From Acholeplasma sp. (GTDB taxonomy: Bacteria > Bacillota_I > Bacilli_A > Acholeplasmatales > UBA5453), in the NCBI GenBank assembly GCA_036677365.1, contig JAVBWN010000021.1, forward strand, positions 12,804 to 76,803: a DNA stretch of 64,000 nucleotides. The letters run 5' to 3'. Position 1 is the first letter of the stretch. Each line of letters opens with the position of its first letter. A program made the position numbers and the translations under genes. Shown here in pieces: positions 39,920 through 48,648 of the stretch. The notes below the pieces were generated by a model. The model searched no databases and had not been told where the DNA came from. It worked only from the letters and a program-made list of their open reading frames with translations.

Positions 39920-40026
39920 AATGTCACCTCCCGTGATAAGCAACTCAAATTATACCAAATGGCATTTTAAAAAGCAACTATTAAAGGAAAAATATGTTAA
40001 AATAAGTTGAAAGAGAGAGATGATGG

Positions 40027-40596
40027 ATGACATTGCCAAATAAACTCACTTTAAGCCGTTTCGTTGCGATTCCGGTGATGGTGATTATCAGTTTTTTAGA
40101 ACCGCTTCAAAGCGTGGATGATGTGCTTTTCGGACTCGATTTTGCACAATTGATCTTCGCGATTTTATTCATTCTTGCCAGCTTTACAGATTTCTTAGAC
40201 GGGTATCTTGCCAGAAAAAACAATCAGGTTACAACCTTTGGAAAATTCACAGACCCAATTGCTGACAAATTATTGGTATTAACTGCATTTTTATACCTAC
40301 AATCCACAACCAACCGTGTATTGTGGTGGATGACCTTGATTGTCGTTGCGAGAGAATTCATCGTCACGGGGGTAAGGTTGCTTGCGGTAGAACGTGGTAA
40401 AGTGATTGCAGCGAGCCCATTTGGTAAACTCAAAATGGTGACCACTGTGATTGCACTGGTCGTATTACTGTTCAATGATTTTGGATTACCAACACTGATT
40501 GGCGACATTTTGCTATGGTTGGCACTTGTATTCACTGTATTATCTGGGGCAGACTATTTTTGGAAAAATCGTCACCTCGTGTTCGAATCGATTTAA
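40027..40596 (+). CDS. pgsA: Phosphatidylglycerophosphate synthase
   Basis: LPNKLT..R, TDFLDGYLAR....T.FGKF.DP.ADK, RE..VTG.R. Confidence 0.95.
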   Translation: MTLPNKLTLSRFVAIPVMVIISFLEPLQSVDDVLFGLDFAQLIFAILFILASFTDFLDGYLARKNNQVTTFGKFTDPIADKLLVLTAFLYLQSTTNRVLWWMTLIVVAREFIVTGVRLLAVERGKVIAASPFGKLKMVTTVIALVVLLFNDFGLPTLIGDILLWLALVFTVLSGADYFWKNRHLVFESI

Positions 40597-40647
40597 AAAA
40601 GTAATCCTACCTCTTCAGGGGTATATATCAAATATAGGAGGCCAAAC

Positions 40648-41637
40648 ATGGACATTAAAAAACAAGAAGCATTGCTCAATGCGATGAAGCAAATAGAAAA
40701 GCAATATGGTAAAGGTGCAGTCATGAAACTCGGTGATGAAGCAGATCGACACATCGAGTCATCCCCATCGGGATCCATTGCGCTAGACGTTGCTTTAGGC
40801 ATTGGTGGCTACCCAAAAGGTAGAATCGTAGAAATTTATGGACCGGAATCATCGGGTAAAACCACATTCGCTTTAACGGCGATTGCGGAAGTACAAAGAC
40901 AAGGTGGGTTTGCAGCATTCATCGATGCTGAACACGCCCTTGACCCACAATACGCCAAAGCGTTAGGGGTTGATGTTGACAACTTGATTTTGTCACAACC
41001 CGATACAGGTGAACAAGCATTAGAAATTGCAGAAGCCTTAATTCGTAGTGGTGCGATTGGCATTGTGGTTGTAGACTCGGTGGCAGCCTTAGTTCCAGAA
41101 GCAGAAATCAATGGGGATATGGGCGATTCACATGTTGGCTTACAAGCCCGTTTGATGAGCCAAGCGATGAGAAAGCTGTCTGGGATCATCAGCAAGACCA
41201 ATACGATTGCGATTTTCATCAACCAAATCCGTGAAAAAGTGGGTGTGATGTTCGGAAACCCAGAAACCACTTCAGGCGGTAGAGCTTTGAAATTCTACGC
41301 TTCTGTCAGACTTGAAGTGAGAAGAAGTGAACAAATTAAAGCGGGTAATGACGTGGTTGGGAATAAAGTAACCATCAAAGTCGTTAAAAATAAAGTAGCA
41401 CCACCATTCAAACAAGCCAGTGTGGACATCGTTTATGGTAAAGGTGTTTCGAAGATGGGCGAATTGGTTGACCTCGCTGTAGAACTTGAAATCATCAAGA
41501 AGAGCGGAGCATGGTATGCGTATGAAGGTGAAAAGATTGGTCAAGGCCGTGAGAACGCTAAAGACTATTTAGAAACCCATGCAGAAATGGCCAAAGCCAT
41601 AGAAGTTAAAGTTAGACAAGCTTACCAATTAAAATAA
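40648..41637 (+). CDS. recA: Recombinase A
   Basis: [35 protein letters not shown]. Confidence 0.99.
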   Translation: MDIKKQEALLNAMKQIEKQYGKGAVMKLGDEADRHIESSPSGSIALDVALGIGGYPKGRIVEIYGPESSGKTTFALTAIAEVQRQGGFAAFIDAEHALDPQYAKALGVDVDNLILSQPDTGEQALEIAEALIRSGAIGIVVVDSVAALVPEAEINGDMGDSHVGLQARLMSQAMRKLSGIISKTNTIAIFINQIREKVGVMFGNPETTSGGRALKFYASVRLEVRRSEQIKAGNDVVGNKVTIKVVKNKVAPPFKQASVDIVYGKGVSKMGELVDLAVELEIIKKSGAWYAYEGEKIGQGRENAKDYLETHAEMAKAIEVKVRQAYQLK

Positions 41638-41638
41638 C

Positions 41639-41671
41639 AAAAAACGCTAGCGGCTGCTAGCGTATTTTTTT
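41639..41671. terminator. Bidirectional terminator
   Basis: AAAAAACGCTAGC-GGCT-GCTAGCGTATTTTT. Confidence 0.8.
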
Positions 41672-42257
41672 AGGCTGGTATGATTTGAGTATTGTCTTTG
41701 ACTAAATCGTAAGGTAGTCGGACATAAATGGTTCTTGGATAAGCTTCACCCATGATGGTTTCTTCATAGGTAATTTTTGCATATAAGTATGGACCAGATG
41801 CTTTTACAAACGGTAGAACGGATGCATCCATTTGGTAGTTGAAATTCATTTGAACGGAACGGTTTTGATTGAGTGTGACCGATTGTTCTGTCGATATTTC
41901 TGAATATTTTGTCCAACGTGTCGCCAATTGAAATTGAATGCGGATATTATTGATAGGATTGATGCCTGTTTCTCGGGTCAATTTGTAGTCGAATTTGTAG
42001 TAACCACCTAAATTTTCGCTATTTGGTAAACGTACCTGTGTAATTTTGTACTCAATCGCGAATACAGGCATGTCATCGACACTGACAACCTCGGCTTGTT
42101 TATTTTCAAACAACACTGGTTTGCTGTCTAAATACTTTTGAAGATAAATACTTGGAATAAAGATGATTGGCAAAACAACGAAGAACAAAACCACAAAAAT
42201 CGCCAAACGGTGTTGATAAATCCATGTCCATTTGCTGATTTTTTTAACTTTTCTCAT
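41670..42257 (-). CDS. Hypothetical single-pass membrane protein
   Basis: Basic N-terminus, one TM, beta-rich ectodomain; GAGGGA RBS before ATG 42257. Confidence 0.7.
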   Translation of the reverse strand: MRKVKKISKWTWIYQHRLAIFVVLFFVVLPIIFIPSIYLQKYLDSKPVLFENKQAEVVSVDDMPVFAIEYKITQVRLPNSENLGGYYKFDYKLTRETGINPINNIRIQFQLATRWTKYSEISTEQSVTLNQNRSVQMNFNYQMDASVLPFVKASGPYLYAKITYEETIMGEAYPRTIYVRLPYDLVKDNTQIIPA

Positions 42258-42327
42258 AAAATCCCTCATTTCACGTAATCCTATTATACTACACGGCTTT
42301 ATAAAAAAAAAGTCAGAATGTAATGCG

Positions 42328-42356
42328 TTGACTAAAAGTCATTTCTCCTATATAAT
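42328..42356 (+). promoter_or_regulatory. SigA promoter of rny
   Basis: TTGACT-17-TATAAT. Confidence 0.75.
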
Positions 42357-42480
42357 TAAATAGTAGTACCCAGGAAGAAAACCTTAAATAAAAGTATATC
42401 AATTTTGATAATGTTGTTTAATATATTTAACGCTCATGTAATGAAAATGTAACAAATTAAAAAAAATGGAGGAATGAACG

Positions 42481-44043
42481 ATGGAACATGTAGTATGGTC
42501 AATCGTCTCCATTTTGCTACTGGCTTTAGGCTTAGTTGGGGGCTTTATTTTCCGTGTGAAACAACACGAAAAGAGCTTACAAAACAGCCGTGAGCAAGCG
42601 AAGAAAATTGTTGAAGAAGGCACTAAAGAAGCCGAAAAACTCAAAAAGGAAGCCATTCTAGAAGCACGTCAAAACATCTTTGATCAAAAACGTGAATTCG
42701 AACGTGATATGAAGGAAAGAAAACAAGTCGTTCTCGATTTGGAAACCAAAATATCACAAAGAGACGAAATGCTGAATAGAAGAGCTGCCAATTTGGACAA
42801 GCGAGAAGAATTTCTTGGTCAAAAAGAAATTAAATTGGACGAAAAGAAACAAGAACTTGAACAATTGAATAGCAAAGTGGAAGACATCTTGAGACAACAA
42901 GAAGCAAAATTAATGGAGATTTCAGGTATTTCCACAGAACAGGCACAAGCGATCATTATGGATCGTGTTAGACAAAGCATGTCTGAGGAAATTTCTAATT
43001 ACATTAAAGAAGAAGAAGAAAAAGCAAAATCAGAAGTAGATCAAAGAGCGAAGAATCTATTAACACTGGCAATCCAAAAATATGCGAGTGAAACAACAAG
43101 CGAAAGAACGGTATCAGTTGTGTCCCTTCCAACCGATGAAATGAAGGGTAGAATTATTGGCCGCGAAGGACGTAATATTCGCACCATTGAGGCATTAACC
43201 GGTGTTGATTTAATCATTGATGATACCCCTGAAGCAGTGGTATTATCCGGATTCGATCCAATCCGTAGAGAAGTAGCAAAACGGGCTTTGACAGCACTCG
43301 TTGAAGACGGTCGTATCCACCCGGGTCGCATCGAAGAAGTCGTGGATCGTGCACAACAAGAAGTCGACATGTTCATCCGTGAAGCGGGTGAAAATGCCGT
43401 GTTCCAAACGGGTATTGGTAAACTCCATCCTGACCTAGTTAAATTATTGGGTCGAATGAGTTTTAGAACCTCTTATGGACAAAATGTATTGAAACATTCC
43501 ATTGAAACAGCATTCTTAGCGGGTAAATTAGCCGCTGAAATTGGTGAAAATGAAGTATTGGCTAAACGTGCCGGTTTACTCCATGATATTGGTAAAGCCG
43601 TTGACCACGAAGTCGAAGGTTCACACGTCGAAATCGGTGTCCAAATCGTATCGAGATACCATGAACCAAAAGAAGTTGTCGATGCTATCGCATCCCACCA
43701 TGGTGATAAAGAACCACAATCCATCATCGCCGTGTTGGTTGCAGCAGCAGACGCACTTTCCGCAGCTAGACCTGGCGCACGTAGTGAATCGATTGATAAC
43801 TACATCAAACGCCTTGAACAATTAGAATCCATTTCTAACAAAGTTGCAGGGGTTGAACGTTCGTTTGCGATTCAAGCCGGTCGTGAAATTAGAGTCATCG
43901 TTAAACCCGATGAAGTGGATGACTTATCCACATTTAAAGTTGCTCGTGAAATCAAAGAACAAATTGAAGCGAACCTTCAATACCCAGGTACCATCAAGGT
44001 CACCGTGGTCAGAGAAACACGCGCTACAGATATCGCAAAATAA
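42481..44043 (+). CDS. rny: Ribonuclease Y
   Basis: TM, coiled coil, KH ([13 protein letters not shown]), HD (LLHDIGK). Confidence 0.98.
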   Translation: MEHVVWSIVSILLLALGLVGGFIFRVKQHEKSLQNSREQAKKIVEEGTKEAEKLKKEAILEARQNIFDQKREFERDMKERKQVVLDLETKISQRDEMLNRRAANLDKREEFLGQKEIKLDEKKQELEQLNSKVEDILRQQEAKLMEISGISTEQAQAIIMDRVRQSMSEEISNYIKEEEEKAKSEVDQRAKNLLTLAIQKYASETTSERTVSVVSLPTDEMKGRIIGREGRNIRTIEALTGVDLIIDDTPEAVVLSGFDPIRREVAKRALTALVEDGRIHPGRIEEVVDRAQQEVDMFIREAGENAVFQTGIGKLHPDLVKLLGRMSFRTSYGQNVLKHSIETAFLAGKLAAEIGENEVLAKRAGLLHDIGKAVDHEVEGSHVEIGVQIVSRYHEPKEVVDAIASHHGDKEPQSIIAVLVAAADALSAARPGARSESIDNYIKRLEQLESISNKVAGVERSFAIQAGREIRVIVKPDEVDDLSTFKVAREIKEQIEANLQYPGTIKVTVVRETRATDIAK

Positions 44044-44063
44044 AAGGGGCTTGTCCCCTTTTT
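44042..44063 (+). terminator. Hairpin/terminator after rny
   Basis: AAAAGGGG-CTTGT-CCCCTTTTT. Confidence 0.65.
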
Positions 44064-44082
44064 CTTTTAAAGAAGGTGTAAG

Positions 44083-44838
44083 ATGAAAATTTTATTCGTA
44101 GGTGACGTATATGGTGAACCTGGCAGAAAAATATTGATGGAAAATCTCGATCAACTTAAAGCCGATTATAAACCCAATGTGGTCATTGTCAATGCAGAAA
44201 ATAGTGCGAATAATGGTCGTGGGATCACATTTCGGTATTATAAAGAATTGATGGCTGCAGGGGTTCATTGTGTCACGATGGGCAACCATGTGTGGGGACA
44301 AAATGATTTGGTCGAATATATCGAAGATTCACACATCGTTAGACCACTAAATTTTCCAAAAGCCCCTGGTAAAGGGTATGATATCATCAAGTATAACCAA
44401 TCCACATTACTTGTCATCAATGTCTTAGGTAGAACATTCATGAATGCCAATTTAGAATCGCCTTTTTTTGAAATCGATAAAGTATTAGAAAAAGAAAAAG
44501 CTGATTTCGTATTCATCGATTTTCACGCCGAAGCGACCTCTGAAAAAGTAGCCTTGGGTCATTATTTAGATGGTCGAGTGGACGCGGTGATTGGTACCCA
44601 TACACATGTACCTACTGCAGACAATCGCGTCTTACCCAAAGGTACATTGTATATGACCGATGTGGGTATGACGGGACCACTGGATGGCATCATTGGGGTG
44701 GACCGTGACATTGTTGTCAACCGATTCTTATATGGATATTCGCCAGCCAATGTGGTCGCGAATACAAAAAATCAGTTGAACGCTGTCATCCTAGACCTCA
44801 AAAAGAAAACCATTGAAAGAATTCATATCGAAGACTAA
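44083..44838 (+). CDS. ymdB: YmdB-family metallophosphoesterase
   Basis: GDVYG.PGR, NAEN, TMGNH, DFHAEATSEK, GTHTHV, TDVGMTG. Confidence 0.95.
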   Translation: MKILFVGDVYGEPGRKILMENLDQLKADYKPNVVIVNAENSANNGRGITFRYYKELMAAGVHCVTMGNHVWGQNDLVEYIEDSHIVRPLNFPKAPGKGYDIIKYNQSTLLVINVLGRTFMNANLESPFFEIDKVLEKEKADFVFIDFHAEATSEKVALGHYLDGRVDAVIGTHTHVPTADNRVLPKGTLYMTDVGMTGPLDGIIGVDRDIVVNRFLYGYSPANVVANTKNQLNAVILDLKKKTIERIHIED

Positions 44839-44863
44839 GCACACCTAAGGGTGTGTTTTTTTT
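44839..44863 (+). terminator. Intrinsic terminator
   Basis: GCACACC-TAAG-GGTGTGT plus T run. Confidence 0.8.
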
Positions 44864-44959
44864 CGATTAACTATAAATAAAGTGCTAAACTGAACCCCTG
44901 CACACCCTTTCGATTGAAATGGTATGTCTAAACGTGTATACTTATCCTAGGTGATTATT

Positions 44960-46396
44960 GTGATAGATATTGATAAATACTTTAAACCCAATCTAAAACA
45001 AGCACGCAAACGATCCAAGGCGGATATTGAGCACAAAGATTTCCAATTGGATGAGCGTTTAGAAAAATTTGGGATTGGCAAATATTATAAAATTCAAACC
45101 TACGGCTGTCAAGGGAATGAAGCCGATGGTGAAACCATGGGTGGAATCCTCCGAGATATGGGGTATTCTCCAACCGAAGATGAAACACTCGCAGACATTA
45201 TATTAATCAATACATGTGCGATTCGTGAGAATGCTGAAAACCGCATCTGGGGTGAAATGGGTCGTTTAAAACCATTGAAACGTAAAAACCCAGACCTTTT
45301 AATTGGTTTGTGTGGCTGTATGGCTCAAGAAGAAAATGTAGTGAATCGTGTTTTAGAAAAATACCAACACATCGATTTGGTGTTTGGTACACACAACATC
45401 CATTTGTTACCACAATACATTGAAACCGCATATTTTAACAAAGAACGTGTCATTGAAGTCTTTTCAGAAGAAGGTAACATCGTTGAAAACCTCCCAAAAG
45501 CCAGACAAAACCCATATAAAGCCTGGGTCAATATTATGTTTGGCTGTGATGAATTTTGTACCTATTGTATTGTGCCTTATACCCGTGGGAAAGAACGTTC
45601 TAGATCCAAAGAAGATATCATCGAAGAAGTCAAAGAACTGAAAGCGTTGGGCTATCAAGAAGTGACTTTACTAGGTCAAAATGTCAATGCTTACGGTAAA
45701 GATTTCAAGGATCAAAATTATACCTTTGGGGACTTATTGATGGATTTGGATAAAATTGGCATCCCTAGAATTCGTTTTACCACCAGTCATCCACATGATT
45801 TAGACGATAAAACCATCGAAGCCTTTAGAAGTTGCCCATCGGTGATGCCACACCTCCATCTACCTGTCCAATCGGGCAGTAACGCGGTTTTAAAAAAGAT
45901 GAATCGCCATTATACGAAAGAGTTGTATGTTGATGTCATTCGAAAATTGAAAGCAGCGAGACCTGACATCGCACTCACCACAGACATCATTGTCGCTTTT
46001 CCAACTGAAACCGAAGCCGATTTCCAAATGACTTTGGATTTGGTGAATGAGATCGATTTTGAAGGGGCATATACATTCATTTTTTCCAAACGTGCTGGGA
46101 CACCTGCCTATGATTTTGAAGACAATATCCCAGAAGATGAAAAGAAGGAACGTCTAAAAAGACTGATTAAACTGGTCAATGAAGGGTATTACAGAGCCAG
46201 CCAAAAATATAAAAATCAGGTGGTTGAAGTCTTGGTTGAAGGTACCTCTAAAAATGATCAACACACGTTAGCGGGGTATTCAGAACACAATAAACTGGTG
46301 AATTTTAAAGGTGATAAGTCCTTGATTGGCAAAATTGTCAAAGTTAAAATTACTGAACCAAGAACGTGGTTTTTAAATGGTGAAGCTTGTGAGTAA
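44960..46396 (+). CDS. miaB: tRNA methylthiotransferase MiaB
   Basis: TYGCQ.N, NTC.IRE, GC.EFCTYC.VP, FTTSHP, TRAM domain; GTG start at 44951 or 44960. Confidence 0.96.
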   Translation: MIDIDKYFKPNLKQARKRSKADIEHKDFQLDERLEKFGIGKYYKIQTYGCQGNEADGETMGGILRDMGYSPTEDETLADIILINTCAIRENAENRIWGEMGRLKPLKRKNPDLLIGLCGCMAQEENVVNRVLEKYQHIDLVFGTHNIHLLPQYIETAYFNKERVIEVFSEEGNIVENLPKARQNPYKAWVNIMFGCDEFCTYCIVPYTRGKERSRSKEDIIEEVKELKALGYQEVTLLGQNVNAYGKDFKDQNYTFGDLLMDLDKIGIPRIRFTTSHPHDLDDKTIEAFRSCPSVMPHLHLPVQSGSNAVLKKMNRHYTKELYVDVIRKLKAARPDIALTTDIIVAFPTETEADFQMTLDLVNEIDFEGAYTFIFSKRAGTPAYDFEDNIPEDEKKERLKRLIKLVNEGYYRASQKYKNQVVEVLVEGTSKNDQHTLAGYSEHNKLVNFKGDKSLIGKIVKVKITEPRTWFLNGEACE

Positions 46397-46742
46397 ACAA
46401 CAAGAACTCATCGAGATGATTGAATCATTAGATATCCTAAAAACCTATCAAAAGTTTGAAAAAATCATCAATGGAGACAAAGAATTGAAACGCCGTTTTG
46501 GTGAAATGAAGGCGATACAAAAACAATTGGTGAATGCGAAAACCATTCAAAAACCAAAAGCAGAAAGTCAATTTCAAGCCGCTTATGATGAACTGAGACA
46601 ATCGATTGAAACTGACCCAATGATCGAAACATATTTGGACCTCCAACAAGAGTTAAATAGTTTATTGATTGAGATTAAAGAAATCATTGAAAATGAAATA
46701 AACAGTGCCTTAACTAAATATCAAATAGAGAGTGGGAAATAG
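46389..46742 (+). CDS. YlbF/YmcA (RicA-like) protein
   Basis: Helical protein with QKQLVN and P.I..Y...Q.E.N motifs; directly after miaB as ymcA is in Bacillus; start at 46377 or 46389. Confidence 0.8.
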   Translation: MSKQQELIEMIESLDILKTYQKFEKIINGDKELKRRFGEMKAIQKQLVNAKTIQKPKAESQFQAAYDELRQSIETDPMIETYLDLQQELNSLLIEIKEIIENEINSALTKYQIESGK

Positions 46743-46772
46743 CCGTAATAACGGACCATCCCACTTTTTTTT
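46731..46772 (+). terminator. Intrinsic terminator with nested stems
   Basis: AGTGGGA..CCGT-AATA-ACGG..TCCCACT plus T run. Confidence 0.7.
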
Positions 46773-46787
46773 GACTGGGTGTCACAC

Positions 46788-46816
46788 TTGTAAAAAATAT
46801 AAATATGAGGTATGAT
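46788..46816 (+). promoter_or_regulatory. Promoter of the hypothetical-mutS-mutL-miaA operon
   Basis: TTGTAA-17-TATGAT. Confidence 0.6.
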
Positions 46817-46847
46817 ATTAGTAGTAAACACAATTGGGGGGATTATT

Positions 46848-48617
46848 ATGGCAATTCTAACGATGTTTAGTGAAGTGAAAATCGGCGATAAAAAAGTCAA
46901 GATTGAAGAATTGGTTGGCGCGCTGATTTTATATCCAGCAGATAAGGTTGTGAGGTTTTTCGAGTTGATTGGATTAACTGTACCTCGCAAACTTAGAATG
47001 GCTTCATTGAGACGTGAATTAGATCCATTTGTTACCAGCAAGAAAATCGTCCAACAAACACTTTCAGACGAAGTCAATTATCGTCTTTCTTGGTACGACC
47101 ATTTCAGCGAATCTCAATTGATCAACCTCGTCCCACAATTCAAAGATGTCGACCTTGACCGCAAGGCCCGTGAAACACTTTGGGTGAATTTACTATCGTA
47201 TTTATTTGATAAACAAGTCCCAGAAAATGAATTGATGGGTTTGGTTAAGGCTGCCAAGGAACATGCAAAAACAGCTCAATTAGAAGCGTTTGTGGCATAC
47301 TCAGATAAATTAAATGCCATCTTCTTCGATGAAGCCAATCAAATTGATGGGTTGACCCCAGAAGTCTTTAGACCGGTCTTATTCAAGAGTTCGACATTGG
47401 TAGAACTTCGTGAAATCGGTAAAAAGTTTGGTGTCGATGTCCCTAGACGCTTGAAAAAGAGTGAATTGGTGGATATCATCGTCAGAGAACTCAAGAATCA
47501 AGACAAATATACCAAAGAACTTGAAACTAAAGTGAATGGTTTAGCCGTCATTCAACTTCAACGTTTCGCCATCGAATATAACATCAAAGCATCGATTGAA
47601 CTCAAGAAAGAAGAAATCATTGAGTATATTTTATCGAATGCTTCTGAAACCAAAGAAAAATATTATGTCCCATCGACCCCAGGTGTGTATGAAGAAATCA
47701 AACCATCTGCACGTGTTTATGTGGATGAAGAGCCAGAATTGGTTGTAAATCAAGAACCTGAACCAGTCATTGAGAAGGTTGTAGAATCAGAACCGATGGT
47801 TACGATTTTACCTGTGGATGAAGAGGTAGAAGCTTTAAAGCCAGAACCTAAACCAGAACCTAAAGTGGCCGAACCTGAACCAAAAGTTGAAAAGCAACCT
47901 GAGCCAAAAGTGGTTGAAAAACAACCAGAACCAAGACCATATGAACCACGTCAAGCCTATTATTACGGGGAACCACCAAGGGTTGAAACTGTAAAAGAAA
48001 CTGTGGTTGTAGAATCTATTCCTAAAGAAGCACTCGATGGTATTATTGCTGAATTACGAGCATTGCGTATGGATTTAAATCAATACCATCAAGCGATGTT
48101 AGATAAGGCATATGAAAAAGCCCATCGTCCAATCTTAACCCCAACCTTCATGATGGGTTATGAAACGACATTGTCAGCCAAAGAATGGGATAAAGTTGAA
48201 AAGGCAGAAGCAAAACAAATTGAAGAAATGAATACGGTCAAGACCGAACTCACCGCTTCAACGACTTCTGTGATTGAAGAAATCAAAGAAGAAGATAACC
48301 TCGCGAATGTCGATAATTCAAAAAAATCCAGAAAACAACGCAAACAAGCTAAAGTTAAGAAGCCAGCTGGCAAAGTCAAAAAGACCATTCGCTGGATTGT
48401 TATTATCTTATTGTTATTAGCTGTCGTGTATGCTGCGATTGGATTCTTAAGAGCTTATGAAGTCTATGATTTTGGCGCAACATACCCTGCTACTGATCTA
48501 TATAACTTGATTATGAATCCAGGCTATGAGTTTGCATACAACTTGAAGGTAGACTATTTGGATTGGCTTGGCGATTTTAGTGCTTTTATGAATTGGTGGA
48601 ACAACTTATTCAATTAA
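46848..48617 (+). CDS. Hypothetical membrane-anchored protein with HeH/Rho-N-like repeats and a Pro/Glu-rich linker
   Basis: Three helix-loop-helix motifs, EPKPEPK repeats, basic cluster, C-terminal TM. Confidence 0.75.
   Translation: MAILTMFSEVKIGDKKVKIEELVGALILYPADKVVRFFELIGLTVPRKLRMASLRRELDPFVTSKKIVQQTLSDEVNYRLSWYDHFSESQLINLVPQFKDVDLDRKARETLWVNLLSYLFDKQVPENELMGLVKAAKEHAKTAQLEAFVAYSDKLNAIFFDEANQIDGLTPEVFRPVLFKSSTLVELREIGKKFGVDVPRRLKKSELVDIIVRELKNQDKYTKELETKVNGLAVIQLQRFAIEYNIKASIELKKEEIIEYILSNASETKEKYYVPSTPGVYEEIKPSARVYVDEEPELVVNQEPEPVIEKVVESEPMVTILPVDEEVEALKPEPKPEPKVAEPEPKVEKQPEPKVVEKQPEPRPYEPRQAYYYGEPPRVETVKETVVVESIPKEALDGIIAELRALRMDLNQYHQAMLDKAYEKAHRPILTPTFMMGYETTLSAKEWDKVEKAEAKQIEEMNTVKTELTASTTSVIEEIKEEDNLANVDNSKKSRKQRKQAKVKKPAGKVKKTIRWIVIILLLLAVVYAAIGFLRAYEVYDFGATYPATDLYNLIMNPGYEFAYNLKVDYLDWLGDFSAFMNWWNNLFN
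47841..47950 (+). repeat. Coding low-complexity repeats (PEPK/QPEPK)
   Basis: CCAGAACCTAAA x2 and degenerate GAACC/GAGCC copies. Confidence 0.7.
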
Positions 48618-48648
48618 TCATGCAGAATTAAAGTAGAAAGGTGATTGT

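Noticed and set aside
40836..41544. Antisense ORFs within recA, and similar shadow ORFs within gpmI, alaS, rny, rpsA and der
   Set aside because: They lie fully opposite conserved genes, have no RBS or motifs, and are expected from codon bias
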